Shown: positions 8,819 to 18,430, numbered from the stretch's first letter. The stretch is DNA of 32,000 nucleotides from Candidatus Nanosynbacter lyticus (GCF_000803625.1 NZ_CP007496.1:600001-632000), one strand, 5' to 3'. Made by a program: numbers and translations. Notes: a model not told the origin generated them from the letters alone.

Positions 8819-10470
8819 TAGCGCATAGACTCCAATCTTCCAAATAGCATCTTTCTTAAGCGCGTCAAAACCGGATCAATTTCTGACAATTTTAGCCACT
8901 TTGACGCGGCGGCGTACACACCAAAGCTAACCATTGAAATAACAACAAACTTCGGAAAAGCACTAAAGAAACTATCATCGTGATAACGAAACGGTAGAAC
9001 CAGCACGCCGACATAACAAACTACGCCGGTAATAATTCCAGCGATTACCATCCTAAAAATTGCCTGCATAAATATCAGATCAAACATCTTTGGCATTTGA
9101 CGATTCATCACAACCAATAAAATCACCACCTCTAAAACTGCTACTGTTGATTGCGCCCAAGCCAAACCATACGCACCCATTTTCAAAACCATAGATAGAA
9201 CAATTGCTAAAATAATGTTCAGAGAAATAGAGAAAATTGAAATATAAAGCGGAGTTTTCGTATCTTGGCGAGCGTAAAATGCTCGCGCGGCCATATGGTA
9301 AATAGTTCGGAATAAAATCGCCACCACTAAGCAGCCTAAAATTCCCGCAATCAATTGGTTACCGCCGTTACGAATAAAATGGACAACGTAACCGCGTGTA
9401 AAGAAAATCACCACTGCCACCGGTAAGGCCATCCAAAAAATAATCCTCAGCAGAGAGCGTAAGTCCTTTTGAAACAGATCATCACGGCCCTCGCCTAAAT
9501 GCTCAGTAAGTTTAGGGAAGGCGGCATTAGAAATTGCCACGCCGATGAGATTAATTGGCATCAAATGTAGGGTTAACGCCTGTTGATACGCCCGAACCGT
9601 ACCGTCCGCCAAACGAGATGCCAAGTTAACTTCGACCAAACTCACCACATAATCCATGCCCTGATCAACCGACCTAGCCGGTAGCAACGATAGGACTTTC
9701 CTAAATCCTCTATTGCGCCAATAGATCTTAAAATTATAGTCAAAGCCCAAACCTGCTAGCCCAACCGCACTCACAATCAGCTGTAGGAATGACCCCAACA
9801 CCACACCAAGCGCCACACCCATAATTCCACCATCAAATATCTGCCAACCGAATAAATTGATACCATTAGTGAACCATACCGTACCAATGATAATTCCGAC
9901 ATTATAAATCATTGGCGCTAGGGCACAGAACATAAATCGCCCAACCGCTTGCTGGATACTGGCAATCACCGAGGCAATAGCAAAAATAAACGGATTCACC
10001 GCAATCACCCGCATCATGCTCACCGCCAAAGCGTGGCCCGACTCACTCAGACCTGGCGCAATTAGATATTTCATCAATGGATCAGCAAAAATAATAATCA
10101 ACACCGACGCGACCATCGTTACTAGCGCCATAAAATTGATCATACTAGAGCTAATCTGCCACGCCGACTGCTTATTTCCCTTAACCCAGCGCTCATTAAA
10201 AACTGGGATAAAAGTCACGCTGAGGGCGCCAGACACCAACACAGCGAACATAAAATCTGGCACCATAAACGCCGCCGTGTAGGCGTCTAATCCGACAGGA
10301 TAGCCAGCCAGCGCGCCGTTTTCGCTTGGCATATAGGCAGAGTTAAGCAATCGATCGCGGAAGAATCCCAGCAAGCTCGACAACAACGTCGAGCCAGCCA
10401 AAATGGTTGCAGCTAACTTGACTGTCAGCCGCTGATTAATTTTATCGACAGTTCTCCGGACGCGCCCCAT
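8818..10470 (-). CDS. murJ: MurJ/MviN lipid II flippase
   Basis: [13 protein letters not shown]...[30 protein letters not shown] with many TM segments; its stop overlaps the lepA start. Confidence 0.93.
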   Translation of the reverse strand: MGRVRRTVDKINQRLTVKLAATILAGSTLLSSLLGFFRDRLLNSAYMPSENGALAGYPVGLDAYTAAFMVPDFMFAVLVSGALSVTFIPVFNERWVKGNKQSAWQISSSMINFMALVTMVASVLIIIFADPLMKYLIAPGLSESGHALAVSMMRVIAVNPFIFAIASVIASIQQAVGRFMFCALAPMIYNVGIIIGTVWFTNGINLFGWQIFDGGIMGVALGVVLGSFLQLIVSAVGLAGLGFDYNFKIYWRNRGFRKVLSLLPARSVDQGMDYVVSLVEVNLASRLADGTVRAYQQALTLHLMPINLIGVAISNAAFPKLTEHLGEGRDDLFQKDLRSLLRIIFWMALPVAVVIFFTRGYVVHFIRNGGNQLIAGILGCLVVAILFRTIYHMAARAFYARQDTKTPLYISIFSISLNIILAIVLSMVLKMGAYGLAWAQSTVAVLEVVILLVVMNRQMPKMFDLIFMQAIFRMVIAGIITGVVCYVGVLVLPFRYHDDSFFSAFPKFVVISMVSFGVYAAASKWLKLSEIDPVLTRLRKMLFGRLESMR

Positions 10471-10476
10471 AACAAT

Positions 10477-12345
10477 TTACGCGTGTAATTTGGCTTCCTT
10501 TGGCAGCTTTGTTCCCTGGAGAATTTCATCGACTGCCGCCTCTTCTAGAGTTTCATATTTAAGAAGTGCATCCTTAAGATCCTCAAGTGACTTACGATTT
10601 GCAACCAATACCACTTCTGCGCGACGCGCCGCCTCTTTGATTAGTGTCTCAACCTCTTGGTCGATTAACTCAGCAACCGCGTCTGAGTACGGCCGCTCAC
10701 GAGTCATTTTATCAAACATTAGCCCACCGTTATCTTCGTGGAAAACTTGGTCGCGAAGTTTTTGACCCATACCTTGCTCAATCACCATATCACGAGCAAT
10801 TTCAGTAGCTTTCCTTAGGTCTGAACCAGCACCCGTAGTAATGCCATCATCGCCATAGATCAGTTTCTCGGCAATTCGACCGCCCATCGCCCGAGCCAAA
10901 ATATCCTTAAACTCGTAAACGTTCGTGTAGATCTTATCTTCCGGCGGCAAGAACCAAGTCACACCGCCCGTACTGCCGCGCGGAATAATTGTTACCTTAT
11001 GAACTGGATCAGAATCTGGCAGAACATGACCGACAATGGCGTGGCCCGCCTCATGGTAAGCTGTCAATTCTTTCTCGTGTTCATTCATCACCTTAGCTTT
11101 ACGCTCTGGACCGATGGCTACTCGCTCAAACGCTTCAGTCAATTCACCGTTAGAGATCTTCTTTTTATTCCGCCTTGCTGCAATGATTGCTGCCTCATTA
11201 GCTATATTAGCGAGATCCGCACCAGACGAGCCAGCTGTCTTGGCCGCCAATTTATCAAGATCAACAGTGTCGTCAACTGGTTTTTTCTTAAAATGAACCT
11301 TTAAAATTGCTTCACGATCTTTACGCTCCGGCAATGTAATTGTCACTCGCCTATCAAATCGACCCGGTCGCAATAAAGCAGGGTCCAAAACGTCAGCGCG
11401 GTTAGTTGCCGCTAGAACAATGACATTTGTTTCACCATCAAAACCGTCCATTTCCACCAAAATCTGGTTCAAGGTCTGTTCACGCTCATCATGGCCACCA
11501 CCCATACCAGAGCCACGCTTACGCCCCACCGCGTCAATTTCATCAATGAAAATAATACACGGCGCATTTTTCTTTGCTTTAGAGAATAAATCTCGCACTC
11601 GCGAAGCACCAACGCCAACAAACATCTCCACAAACTCTGATCCGGAGATTGAGAAGAACGGCACACCAGCCTCACCCGCTACAGCGCGCGCCAACATGGT
11701 TTTACCAGTACCTGGATTACCGACCAGCAAGACGCCCTTCGGAATCTTAGCCCCCAAATCCTTATACTTCTTTGGGTGTTTTAAGAAATCGACAACTTCT
11801 TGCAAGTCCTGCTTGGCATTATCATTGCCAGCAATATCTGAGAATAAGACTTTTTCTTTATCTTGCCCGTACAGACGAGCCTTACTCTTACCAAAACCCA
11901 TAGCCTGATTATTTTGGCCTTGCGCCTGACGCATCATAAACATAAAGAAGACGACAATAATCAACACTGGCGCCACTATCACCGCCAAGTTCCACACTAC
12001 CTCACCGGTTGTTGATGGTGGAATAACTTTAACCTCTACCTTAGCATCCTTATTTAAGCCCTGCTCATAAATGCTACCAGATTCCTTAACTGATCGCTCG
12101 GTAGGCTTAGGCTGGTCTTTAACGGTGACCTTAATGTCATTGCCCTGAATTTCTAATTGAGCAATCTTACCTTCGTTCGCCCGACGAACCACATCTGATA
12201 AAGCTACGTCCTTAAGGTTAGACACAGGGAAGAGTGTTGCATAAAAAATCAACGCTACAAAAATTATAATTGCCCAAAACAGTCCAAATTTTACAATCTG
12301 ATTTATTCCGTTCTTGCCGTTTCTTTGAGGCATCTTAACAGCCAT
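10477..12345 (-). CDS. ftsH: ATP-dependent zinc metalloprotease FtsH
   Basis: [74 protein letters not shown]. Start at 12345 is preferred over the TTG at 12351. Confidence 0.97.
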   Translation of the reverse strand: MAVKMPQRNGKNGINQIVKFGLFWAIIIFVALIFYATLFPVSNLKDVALSDVVRRANEGKIAQLEIQGNDIKVTVKDQPKPTERSVKESGSIYEQGLNKDAKVEVKVIPPSTTGEVVWNLAVIVAPVLIIVVFFMFMMRQAQGQNNQAMGFGKSKARLYGQDKEKVLFSDIAGNDNAKQDLQEVVDFLKHPKKYKDLGAKIPKGVLLVGNPGTGKTMLARAVAGEAGVPFFSISGSEFVEMFVGVGASRVRDLFSKAKKNAPCIIFIDEIDAVGRKRGSGMGGGHDEREQTLNQILVEMDGFDGETNVIVLAATNRADVLDPALLRPGRFDRRVTITLPERKDREAILKVHFKKKPVDDTVDLDKLAAKTAGSSGADLANIANEAAIIAARRNKKKISNGELTEAFERVAIGPERKAKVMNEHEKELTAYHEAGHAIVGHVLPDSDPVHKVTIIPRGSTGGVTWFLPPEDKIYTNVYEFKDILARAMGGRIAEKLIYGDDGITTGAGSDLRKATEIARDMVIEQGMGQKLRDQVFHEDNGGLMFDKMTRERPYSDAVAELIDQEVETLIKEAARRAEVVLVANRKSLEDLKDALLKYETLEEAAVDEILQGTKLPKEAKLHA

Positions 12346-12373
12346 TCTCAACTAATCCTTTCGCCTATACTAA

Positions 12374-13210
12374 TCAAACTCTGTCTATTATAACATCTCT
12401 CATTGTCAATTTCATCATAATACCACCACCAATTTGCCAACACGAACCAGGTTTTCCGGTTTTTATGGCAATGAGCGTTCGCTCCAACTGAGAACCCAGT
12501 AACGAAACGTCGTAATGTCGTAAAATATAATAGTATATTAATTCTTGTGCGACATTACCGTCAATCATAGTCAAAAAATATCGACTATTTACAGCCTCAT
12601 CAAACCACTCTAGCTCCTGCTCAATCTCTATCCTCAATTTTCTCTGCTGTCGCCAAACCTCATACACGCCAGCCTTTTGATACTCATCAAGTTCACAATT
12701 TATCCGACGCCTAAATCTATTCCTTTGATATGCATCGCTTTGATTTGTTTCATCTTCACACCATTCCAACTTTTGGCGGATTGCATATTCATAAATTCTC
12801 TGCTTCGTCCATCCACTCATTGGCCTAGCAATCTCACTATCACTCATACCAGCCAGTCCACGCCACCTGGAACCACGAGTTAAATTCATGGCCACAGTCT
12901 CAATAATATCTTCTCGATGATGCGCCGTCACTATCATCCCATCAAAATCTGCCGCCACGCCACGCAAAAATTCATAACGCCTTTGTCGCGCCAATTCTTC
13001 GCTAGCGCCAGAACCCAACTTCTCGCGCCTACAAACAAATTGAATCTTATATTTGTCAGCTAAAGCCTCAACAAACCTAGCATCACTTGCCGAATCCTCA
13101 CGAATACCATGATCAAAATGAGCGACCACCAGATCTTTTTCTGTCCGCGACATTAAATCCAGTAATACTACCGAATCAATCCCACCACTGACTGCGACAA
13201 TATATCTCAC
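12374..13210 (-). CDS. tilS: tRNA(Ile)-lysidine synthase TilS (GTG start)
   Basis: VAVSGGIDSVVLLDLM, VAHFDHGIREDSASDARFVE, TAHHREDIIETVAMNLTRGS. GATAAT-N6-GTG upstream. Confidence 0.9.
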   Translation of the reverse strand: MRYIVAVSGGIDSVVLLDLMSRTEKDLVVAHFDHGIREDSASDARFVEALADKYKIQFVCRREKLGSGASEELARQRRYEFLRGVAADFDGMIVTAHHREDIIETVAMNLTRGSRWRGLAGMSDSEIARPMSGWTKQRIYEYAIRQKLEWCEDETNQSDAYQRNRFRRRINCELDEYQKAGVYEVWRQQRKLRIEIEQELEWFDEAVNSRYFLTMIDGNVAQELIYYYILRHYDVSLLGSQLERTLIAIKTGKPGSCWQIGGGIMMKLTMRDVIIDRV

Positions 13211-13290
13211 CCATCTATTATCTCACAAAATACTTATACCCAAAACGTATTTGGCAAAATCTGTACTATCTGTTACAATCAATGAGTCGT

Positions 13291-13367
13291 GGCACCGTAG
13301 CTCAGCTGGTTAGAGCGCAGGACTCATAAGCCTGAGGTCGGTGGTTCGGGTCCACCCGGTGCTACCA
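13291..13367 (+). tRNA. tRNA-Met (CAT), elongator type
   Basis: GGCACCGTAGCTCAGCTGGTTAGAGC...CTCATAA...GGTGGTTCGGGTCCACCCGGTGCTACCA folds as a cloverleaf, CCA encoded. Met rather than Ile2 is by similarity to E. coli species. Confidence 0.88.
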
Positions 13368-13380
13368 GAGATTATTTATT

Positions 13381-13406
13381 TTCCTCGTCAACTGGCGAGG
13401 AATTTT
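13381..13406 (+). terminator. Intrinsic terminator after tRNA
   Basis: TTCCTCG-TCAACTGG-CGAGGAA-TTTT. Confidence 0.75.
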
Positions 13407-13412
13407 ATATGA

Positions 13413-13577
13413 CTAGATTAACTCTAATTCATCAGATTGAACACCATCTAGGGCAGCCAGCTGTCGCGACACAAAACTATCCAGCTCCCACGAATTGCGC
13501 TGTCGATCCCAAGTTGCCAATTCCTTTTTTCGAGTTACCTCTAAAAATTCAGACAATTCGCTGATATTTATTTCCAT
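13413..13577 (-). CDS. Small hypothetical protein (54 aa), absent from the supplied ORF track
   Basis: MEINISELSEFLEVTRKKELATWDRQRNSWELDSFVSRQLAALDGVQSDELELI*; preceded by AAGGAAA at good Shine-Dalgarno spacing. Confidence 0.55.
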   Translation of the reverse strand: MEINISELSEFLEVTRKKELATWDRQRNSWELDSFVSRQLAALDGVQSDELELI

Positions 13578-13718
13578 GATATTTTTCCTTTTTGTGTTAA
13601 TTATTTAACTGTCCTTATATTATCATAAATTTGACAAAAAAGCAATACCTTTTTAGCCTATTATTTACCTTTTTATTCCGCTTGTGCTACACTAGTGGGG
13701 AAGGATTTATACACAAAC

Positions 13719-14456
13719 ATGACCCCCGTAACAATCTCATCACTAGCCATCATATTTTTTGCGGCAATTATCCACGCCAGCTTTCAACTAAGCGTCAGTG
13801 TATTGACACTGCTAAGCGGTCATTCAATTGGCAAAAAAACTGCTCAACAAAAAATCTTTCGCATGAGTAATAGTTTTGTGATTGGCGTATTGACCACCAC
13901 TCTACTACTGATTAGCTCCGTTTCTTACTTTTTGTCTCTGTTAGTCCATCATGTCACCAGCGCCGAGCAGCTCGTTGCTGCAATTGTTTCCGGAATGATG
14001 TTTGGATTAGGCATCGCCATCTGGGCATTTTATTATCGCCGCCAGCCTGGCACCTCATTATGGATTCCGCGCGGCTTTGCTGATTATCTAAATAAACGCA
14101 CCAAAAAGACTAAAAACTCTTTTGAAAGTTTTGCCCTAGGCCTAACCAGTGTCATTGCAGAAATTATCTTCATCATTGCGCCAGTGATTGCTGCTAGCCT
14201 AGCCATAATCACCTTACCAAACCCATTACTACAAGTTGCCGGCGTCGTTACTTATATCATCATATCAATACTACCCCTTTTAATTATCATTGTGCTAGTC
14301 GGCGGTGGTCACAATATTTCTAGTCTGCAAAAATGGCGAGAAAATCATAAACGATTTATACAATTTGCAAGCGGTGGAAGCTTACTTATCTTAGCCGCCT
14401 TTATGTTTGTTGATCGCGTTATTGGCGTAATCAGCTACGGAGGTAGCCTATGGTAA
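13719..14456 (+). CDS. Multi-pass membrane protein, function unknown
   Basis: MTPVTISSLAIIFFAAIIHASFQLSVSVLTLLSGH...; about six hydrophobic helices; overlaps the next ORF (ATGGTAA). Confidence 0.85.
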   Translation: MTPVTISSLAIIFFAAIIHASFQLSVSVLTLLSGHSIGKKTAQQKIFRMSNSFVIGVLTTTLLLISSVSYFLSLLVHHVTSAEQLVAAIVSGMMFGLGIAIWAFYYRRQPGTSLWIPRGFADYLNKRTKKTKNSFESFALGLTSVIAEIIFIIAPVIAASLAIITLPNPLLQVAGVVTYIIISILPLLIIIVLVGGGHNISSLQKWRENHKRFIQFASGGSLLILAAFMFVDRVIGVISYGGSLW

Positions 14457-14737
14457 GATCCGAGCAAATTTATGTTACAAAACAAGGGAAGCGACAGTCA
14501 GAAGAATTTAGCCCAGATAAGCTACATAATTCTATATTTGCTACCTGCCTGAGCGTTCGCACGCCAGAAGGACAGGCCCAGGACATTGCAAAAACCGTCA
14601 CTTTAGGTGTTATGAATTGGTGTGAAACTCGCCCGGAAATAACTTCTGCCGACATTCGACGACAAGCTCAGCGTATTATGAAAGACCTACATCCCGACGC
14701 GGCTTATTTATATAAGAATTATAAAACTATAATTTAG
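14450..14737 (+). CDS. Stand-alone ATP-cone domain protein
   Basis: QIYVTKQGKRQSEEFSPDKLHNSI...DIAKTV...ITSADIRRQAQRIMKDLHPDAAYLYKNYK, typical ATP-cone pattern; GGAGG Shine-Dalgarno. Confidence 0.85.
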   Translation: MVRSEQIYVTKQGKRQSEEFSPDKLHNSIFATCLSVRTPEGQAQDIAKTVTLGVMNWCETRPEITSADIRRQAQRIMKDLHPDAAYLYKNYKTII

Positions 14738-14745
14738 GAGATTTA

Positions 14746-16119
14746 ATGTCACAAAAACCGACATTTGACTATGACTATATCGTAATTGGTAGCGGCGCTG
14801 GCGGTTCGCCAGCAGCCAGTATATTGGCTAGTACTGGCAAAAAAGTTGCTATTGTAGAAAAATCAACATTTGGCGGGGAATCACCAAATTGGGGAGACGT
14901 ACCGACCGGATTTATGTCCTACACCATCAACACTTATCAGATTGCCAAAAATGCTGCTAAGTTTGGGTTACGCACTAACTCCGTTGGCTATAACTACCCC
15001 TCCCTGCTCTCCTGGAAAGACGTCGTCACCAGAAGAACTGGCGCCGGCGGAAACCGTCGCTACTATGAGAAACAAGGCATTAGCGTGTTTGCAGGAAACG
15101 CCCACTTCTTAAGTCCAAACGAAATTGCCGTAAATCGCAGACACTTATCGGCCCGCAAATTCCTTATTGCCACTGGCTCTGATTGGCAAATTCCAAAAAT
15201 TCCTGGATTAGAAAACACCACATACTACACCCCAAAAACTATCTTCAATCTAAAGCGACTACCGAAGACCATATTTGTTATAGGGTCGAGCACTACAGCC
15301 CTGGAGCTGGCTCATATATTCTCAGTTTTAGGCGCTAAAGTCTATATAACAGAAGAGTCATCGCGAATCTTGCCGAATTTTGACGAGGAAGTTAGCAACC
15401 TCCTAACTAACGACGCAAAGAAAAACCGTAATATATCCGTCCTGACCTACACCAAAGTTATTTCAACCCAAAAATCTTCAATACAAAAACGCATTACTTT
15501 CCTACAGGGTCAAGTTGAAAAATCAGTACGTGTTGATGAGATTTTAATTGCCGACCAACAAATACCTATGACAGACTTGGGATTAGAAAATGCTGGCGTA
15601 AAATACACAAGAAAAGGTGTTTCTGTCGACTCTTCCCTACGAACCTCTGCGCGACATATTTTTGCTGCCGGAAGTGCCGTGGATGTTACCGTTCAAACAC
15701 ATGAAGTTTTAAGCCAAAGCCGTATAGCTGCTCATAATTTGCTGCATAATAACAAGCTAAAGACAGACAGCTCACCACGCTTACAAGTAGCTTTTACACA
15801 ACCGGAGATTACCCAAGTAGGTATGAATGAAAATGATTGCCGAAAGAAAGGCGTAAAAGTTAAAATGGCAATTGTCCCGCTGACAGCCACTGTACGCAGC
15901 AATATTACCGACCAGCGAACAGGATTTGTGAAGTTAATTATTAATCAAAGACGAGTAATTATTGGGGCAACAATCGTCGGACCGCACGCCAGCGACATAA
16001 TAGCTGAACTCTCTCTAGCAATTAGACATAAAATCACTAGCGATGAACTGGCTTCCACACCGCACTGTTTCACTTCCTGGTCAGAAGCTGTACGAATTGC
16101 CGCCGGAAAACTTCTCTAA
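14746..16119 (+). CDS. FAD/NAD(P)-dependent pyridine nucleotide-disulfide oxidoreductase-family protein lacking the redox cysteine pair
   Basis: VIGSGAGGSPAASILASTGKKVAIVEKSTFGGESPNWGDVPTG, FVIGSSTTALELAHIFSVLGAKVY, IFAAGSAVDV; AGGAG Shine-Dalgarno. Confidence 0.93.
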   Translation: MSQKPTFDYDYIVIGSGAGGSPAASILASTGKKVAIVEKSTFGGESPNWGDVPTGFMSYTINTYQIAKNAAKFGLRTNSVGYNYPSLLSWKDVVTRRTGAGGNRRYYEKQGISVFAGNAHFLSPNEIAVNRRHLSARKFLIATGSDWQIPKIPGLENTTYYTPKTIFNLKRLPKTIFVIGSSTTALELAHIFSVLGAKVYITEESSRILPNFDEEVSNLLTNDAKKNRNISVLTYTKVISTQKSSIQKRITFLQGQVEKSVRVDEILIADQQIPMTDLGLENAGVKYTRKGVSVDSSLRTSARHIFAAGSAVDVTVQTHEVLSQSRIAAHNLLHNNKLKTDSSPRLQVAFTQPEITQVGMNENDCRKKGVKVKMAIVPLTATVRSNITDQRTGFVKLIINQRRVIIGATIVGPHASDIIAELSLAIRHKITSDELASTPHCFTSWSEAVRIAAGKLL

Positions 16120-16149
16120 TTACCCCTGATGCGCTATAATAAGCTCCAC

Positions 16150-16225
16150 GGGGGCGTAGCTCAGGGGTTAGAGCAGTCGGCTCATAACCGATTGGTCGCT
16201 GGTTCGATCCCAGCCGCCCCCACCA
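16150..16225 (+). tRNA. tRNA with CAT anticodon, probably tRNA-Ile2 (lysidine-modified)
   Basis: GGGGGCGTAGCTCAGGGGTTAGAGCAGTCGGCTCATAACCGATTGGTCGCTGGTTCGATCCCAGCCGCCCCCACCA. The variable-loop/T-arm block TTGGTCGCTGGTTC resembles E. coli tRNA-Ile2. Confidence 0.85.
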
Positions 16226-16312
16226 CAGACTGAACTTGAAATTGATAATCATAAGATGAATATTTTTATTATTCCTGCTACAATATTATGTGGTAACTAT
16301 TAAATTTGTAAA

Positions 16313-16738
16313 ATGAACAAACTAAAACTCAAACGATTAATTTACAGAGTACAGCACGATTATTTAACTTTAAATAATATTGTTATTGCTGCGGCTGTTT
16401 TAATTGCCATGAGCTGGGCATGGGGCTCTATTGAATCAATGCAAAAAAATTACGAGCTGCAGCGCACTATTGAGAATAAACGCCAGCAAGTAGAGATCGA
16501 GAAGCTACAAGTTTCCCTACTGGAATATGAGTCAAAATACTACCAAAGTGAAGAGTATCAAGAGCTGACCCTCAGACAACGAACTGGCAAAGGTCTCCCT
16601 GGCGAGAAGCAACTAATCACTCAGTCATTTGAAGATGCGGCTGCTGCAGAAAAACCCACACCAAACACTGTAAGAACCGACAGTAATTTCCAACAATGGA
16701 TGAACTTTTTGTTTGGCGGGAATAGCCGCAGACGCTAA
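16313..16738 (+). CDS. Septum formation initiator (FtsL/DivIC-like) protein
   Basis: One N-terminal TM helix followed by coiled coil (ESMQKNYELQRTIENKRQQVEIEKLQVSLLEYESKYYQSEEYQELTLRQRTGKGLPGEK). Confidence 0.75.
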   Translation: MNKLKLKRLIYRVQHDYLTLNNIVIAAAVLIAMSWAWGSIESMQKNYELQRTIENKRQQVEIEKLQVSLLEYESKYYQSEEYQELTLRQRTGKGLPGEKQLITQSFEDAAAAEKPTPNTVRTDSNFQQWMNFLFGGNSRRR

Positions 16739-16781
16739 CTTGTTGCAATTATTATGCCAACCTGATATTATAACTAGGTAT

Positions 16782-16858
16782 CGCGGGGTAGAGCAGCCTG
16801 GTAGCTCGTTTGGCTCATAACCAAAAGGTCGTAGGTTCAAATCCTACCCCCGCCACCA
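16782..16858 (+). tRNA. Initiator tRNA-fMet (CAT)
   Basis: CGCGGGGTAGAGCAGCCTGGTAGCTC...CTCATAA...GTAGGTTCAAATCCTACCCCCGCCACCA; unpaired C1xC72 is the initiator hallmark. Confidence 0.93.
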
Positions 16859-16860
16859 AG

Positions 16861-16893
16861 AAAAATCCCTCTTCTTTCGGAAGGGGGCTTTTT
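16861..16893 (+). terminator. Intrinsic terminator after tRNA-fMet
   Basis: AAAAATCCCTCTTC-TTTCG-GAAGGGGGCTTTTT hairpin. Confidence 0.75.
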
Positions 16894-16914
16894 CTTTTAG
16901 GTTACTTACATACA

Positions 16915-17340
16915 CTAAAACAATTCTCCCTGACGCTCACCCCAAGAAGCCTCAGCAGACTCAATCATATCTTCCGGCACTTGACAGCTTGAACTTGCAG
17001 CTGAAGAATTTCCATTCTCCCGATTCTTCCTCGCACGCTCCAGAGCCTTACGTGCCAAAGCTGCGCCTCGTCTATTTATCTCTCTTTGCTCCTCGGATAG
17101 TGAGACTCTTCCTGGCTTAGGATGCATCAAATCAGATTCAGACGGCTCTCCATAAGGCCTATGTCGACTTCTGCGCCACAAACCTCTCATATTAGGCCGC
17201 TTTCCGCTACTCGATAAACCACCACTACACTCAGGTCGATCGCCATCAACACTATATCCGTAATCATAATAAGTGCCACAGCCCTGATCAACACGTCGAT
17301 CAGCCTCGCCTTCGGGCGTAGTGTCATATACCGGCAACAT
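16915..17340 (-). CDS. Hypothetical hydrophilic protein
   Basis: MLPVYDTTPEGEADRRVDQG...; longer track ORF starts upstream of a terminator, so start at 17340 is preferred. Confidence 0.55.
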   Translation of the reverse strand: MLPVYDTTPEGEADRRVDQGCGTYYDYGYSVDGDRPECSGGLSSSGKRPNMRGLWRRSRHRPYGEPSESDLMHPKPGRVSLSEEQREINRRGAALARKALERARKNRENGNSSAASSSCQVPEDMIESAEASWGERQGELF

Positions 17341-17399
17341 CGGAGTTTTTTCCACAATTGTATTATACCATAATAAATGATAAGTTTCAATACAATCAA

Positions 17400-17429
17400 A
17401 AAACTCCCCTGCTATTTTGCAGAGGAGTT
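17400..17429 (-). terminator. Intrinsic terminator of the 17491-17697 gene
   Basis: Minus strand AACTCCTCTGC-AAAATA-GCAGGGGAGTT-TTTT. Confidence 0.75.
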
Positions 17430-17490
17430 GTGGCACCTGTTTGTTTGGTTATACTATATCACCAAACACGCTTATGGTGCAAGCAAAAGA

Positions 17491-17697
17491 CTATTTCTTC
17501 TTAGATATTGTCAAGAAACCGTTGCGTGGATTTTCTTTTACAATACGATCTTCTGGCAAATCACATGGAGTGCCCTTCTCATTCTTCTCAACCTTAGCGA
17601 AGAAATAGATGGTTTGAGTCTTGCCGCCGCGCAAAGTTACGTCAGTCTTATGCAAGTAGTATGTGATGCCCTTTGAATTGGTATGCTTGTAAGCCAT
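17491..17697 (-). CDS. Small basic conserved-looking hypothetical protein (68 aa)
   Basis: MAYKHTNSKGITYYLHKTDVTLRGGKTQTIYFFAKVEKNEKGTPCDLPEDRIVKENPRNGFLTISKKK; AGGAGGT upstream, terminator downstream. Confidence 0.8.
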   Translation of the reverse strand: MAYKHTNSKGITYYLHKTDVTLRGGKTQTIYFFAKVEKNEKGTPCDLPEDRIVKENPRNGFLTISKKK

Positions 17698-17764
17698 TTG
17701 GTTATGTACCTCCTATTAATGCTATACCTATATAGATTACTATCTCTATATCACCCCTGTCAAG

Positions 17765-18430
17765 CTAAAAAAGCTTATTTCGCTGCTTCAACATTAATTT
17801 TAATACGCCCAAGATAACCAGGCGCACTATAATAATCACGGCAATCAGTATTGTCACCAACAGCGACCATCCAGCAAAGTCAGCAGACCACACTGGTGAT
17901 ACAAACGTATGATAATACGGCTCGGTCGAAGGAGCTTCAAACTGTAGATTAGCAACCTTAGCAGCAGGATACTTCTCCCATTCTTCATTAATACAATTTA
18001 TGTATCTTGGGTCTGCCTGTGTCGTAAATCTACCATAGCCACCCTGCTGAGCCTTGGCATCGCAGACGAAACGAACTTTTGAAACCGTATCATTATTTGA
18101 TCGATTTTTAATTGCCTCTTCAAACTCTTTTAATTTCTGTTCGTACGCTCGCTTATAAGTATGATCTAAGGCTATTTTGCCCGGATGAGCGTTCATATGC
18201 ATTGAAACATATCTCTGCAAATCGTACAGACGTCGCTGAAGACTAACTATGTCACCGGTTTTGTCAGCATTCTCTACAGATTCTCGCCGCTCCACCATGC
18301 CAACATTATTAAGACGAAGAAATGTTGCCGAAATAAAAGAAGACATGACTAATAAAATGACAAGCTGCCAAGTCTTAATTTGACTGAGCCGCTTAATCCT
18401 AAATTTAGTCTTTCTCTTGTCTATTACCAT
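17765..18430 (-). CDS. Bitopic/two-TM membrane protein of unknown function
   Basis: N-terminal TM (WQLVILLVMSSFISATFL), extracytoplasmic middle with two Cys, C-terminal TM (WSLLVTILIAVIIIVRLVILGVL). Confidence 0.75.
   Translation of the reverse strand: MVIDKRKTKFRIKRLSQIKTWQLVILLVMSSFISATFLRLNNVGMVERRESVENADKTGDIVSLQRRLYDLQRYVSMHMNAHPGKIALDHTYKRAYEQKLKEFEEAIKNRSNNDTVSKVRFVCDAKAQQGGYGRFTTQADPRYINCINEEWEKYPAAKVANLQFEAPSTEPYYHTFVSPVWSADFAGWSLLVTILIAVIIIVRLVILGVLKLMLKQRNKLF

Noticed and set aside
11420-11908. 162-aa plus-strand ORF opposite ftsH
   Set aside because: Antisense shadow of the AAA+ domain.
13413-13577. Apparent frameshift in the small 54-aa ORF
   Set aside because: On recounting the T6 tract (13525-13530 region) the frame is intact from ATG to TAG.
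16070-16252. Minus-strand ORF MIINFKFSLWWGRLGSNQRPIGYEPTALTPELRPRG
   Set aside because: Antisense translation of the CAU tRNA at 16150-16225 (the well-known SNQRPxGYEPTAL artefact).
16625-16840. Minus-strand ORF MNLRPFGYEPNELPGCSTPRY...
   Set aside because: Antisense of tRNA-fMet and the ftsL-like gene 3' end.
16810-16992. Plus-strand ORF MAHNQKVVGSNPTPATKK...
   Set aside because: Sense translation through tRNA-fMet and its terminator.
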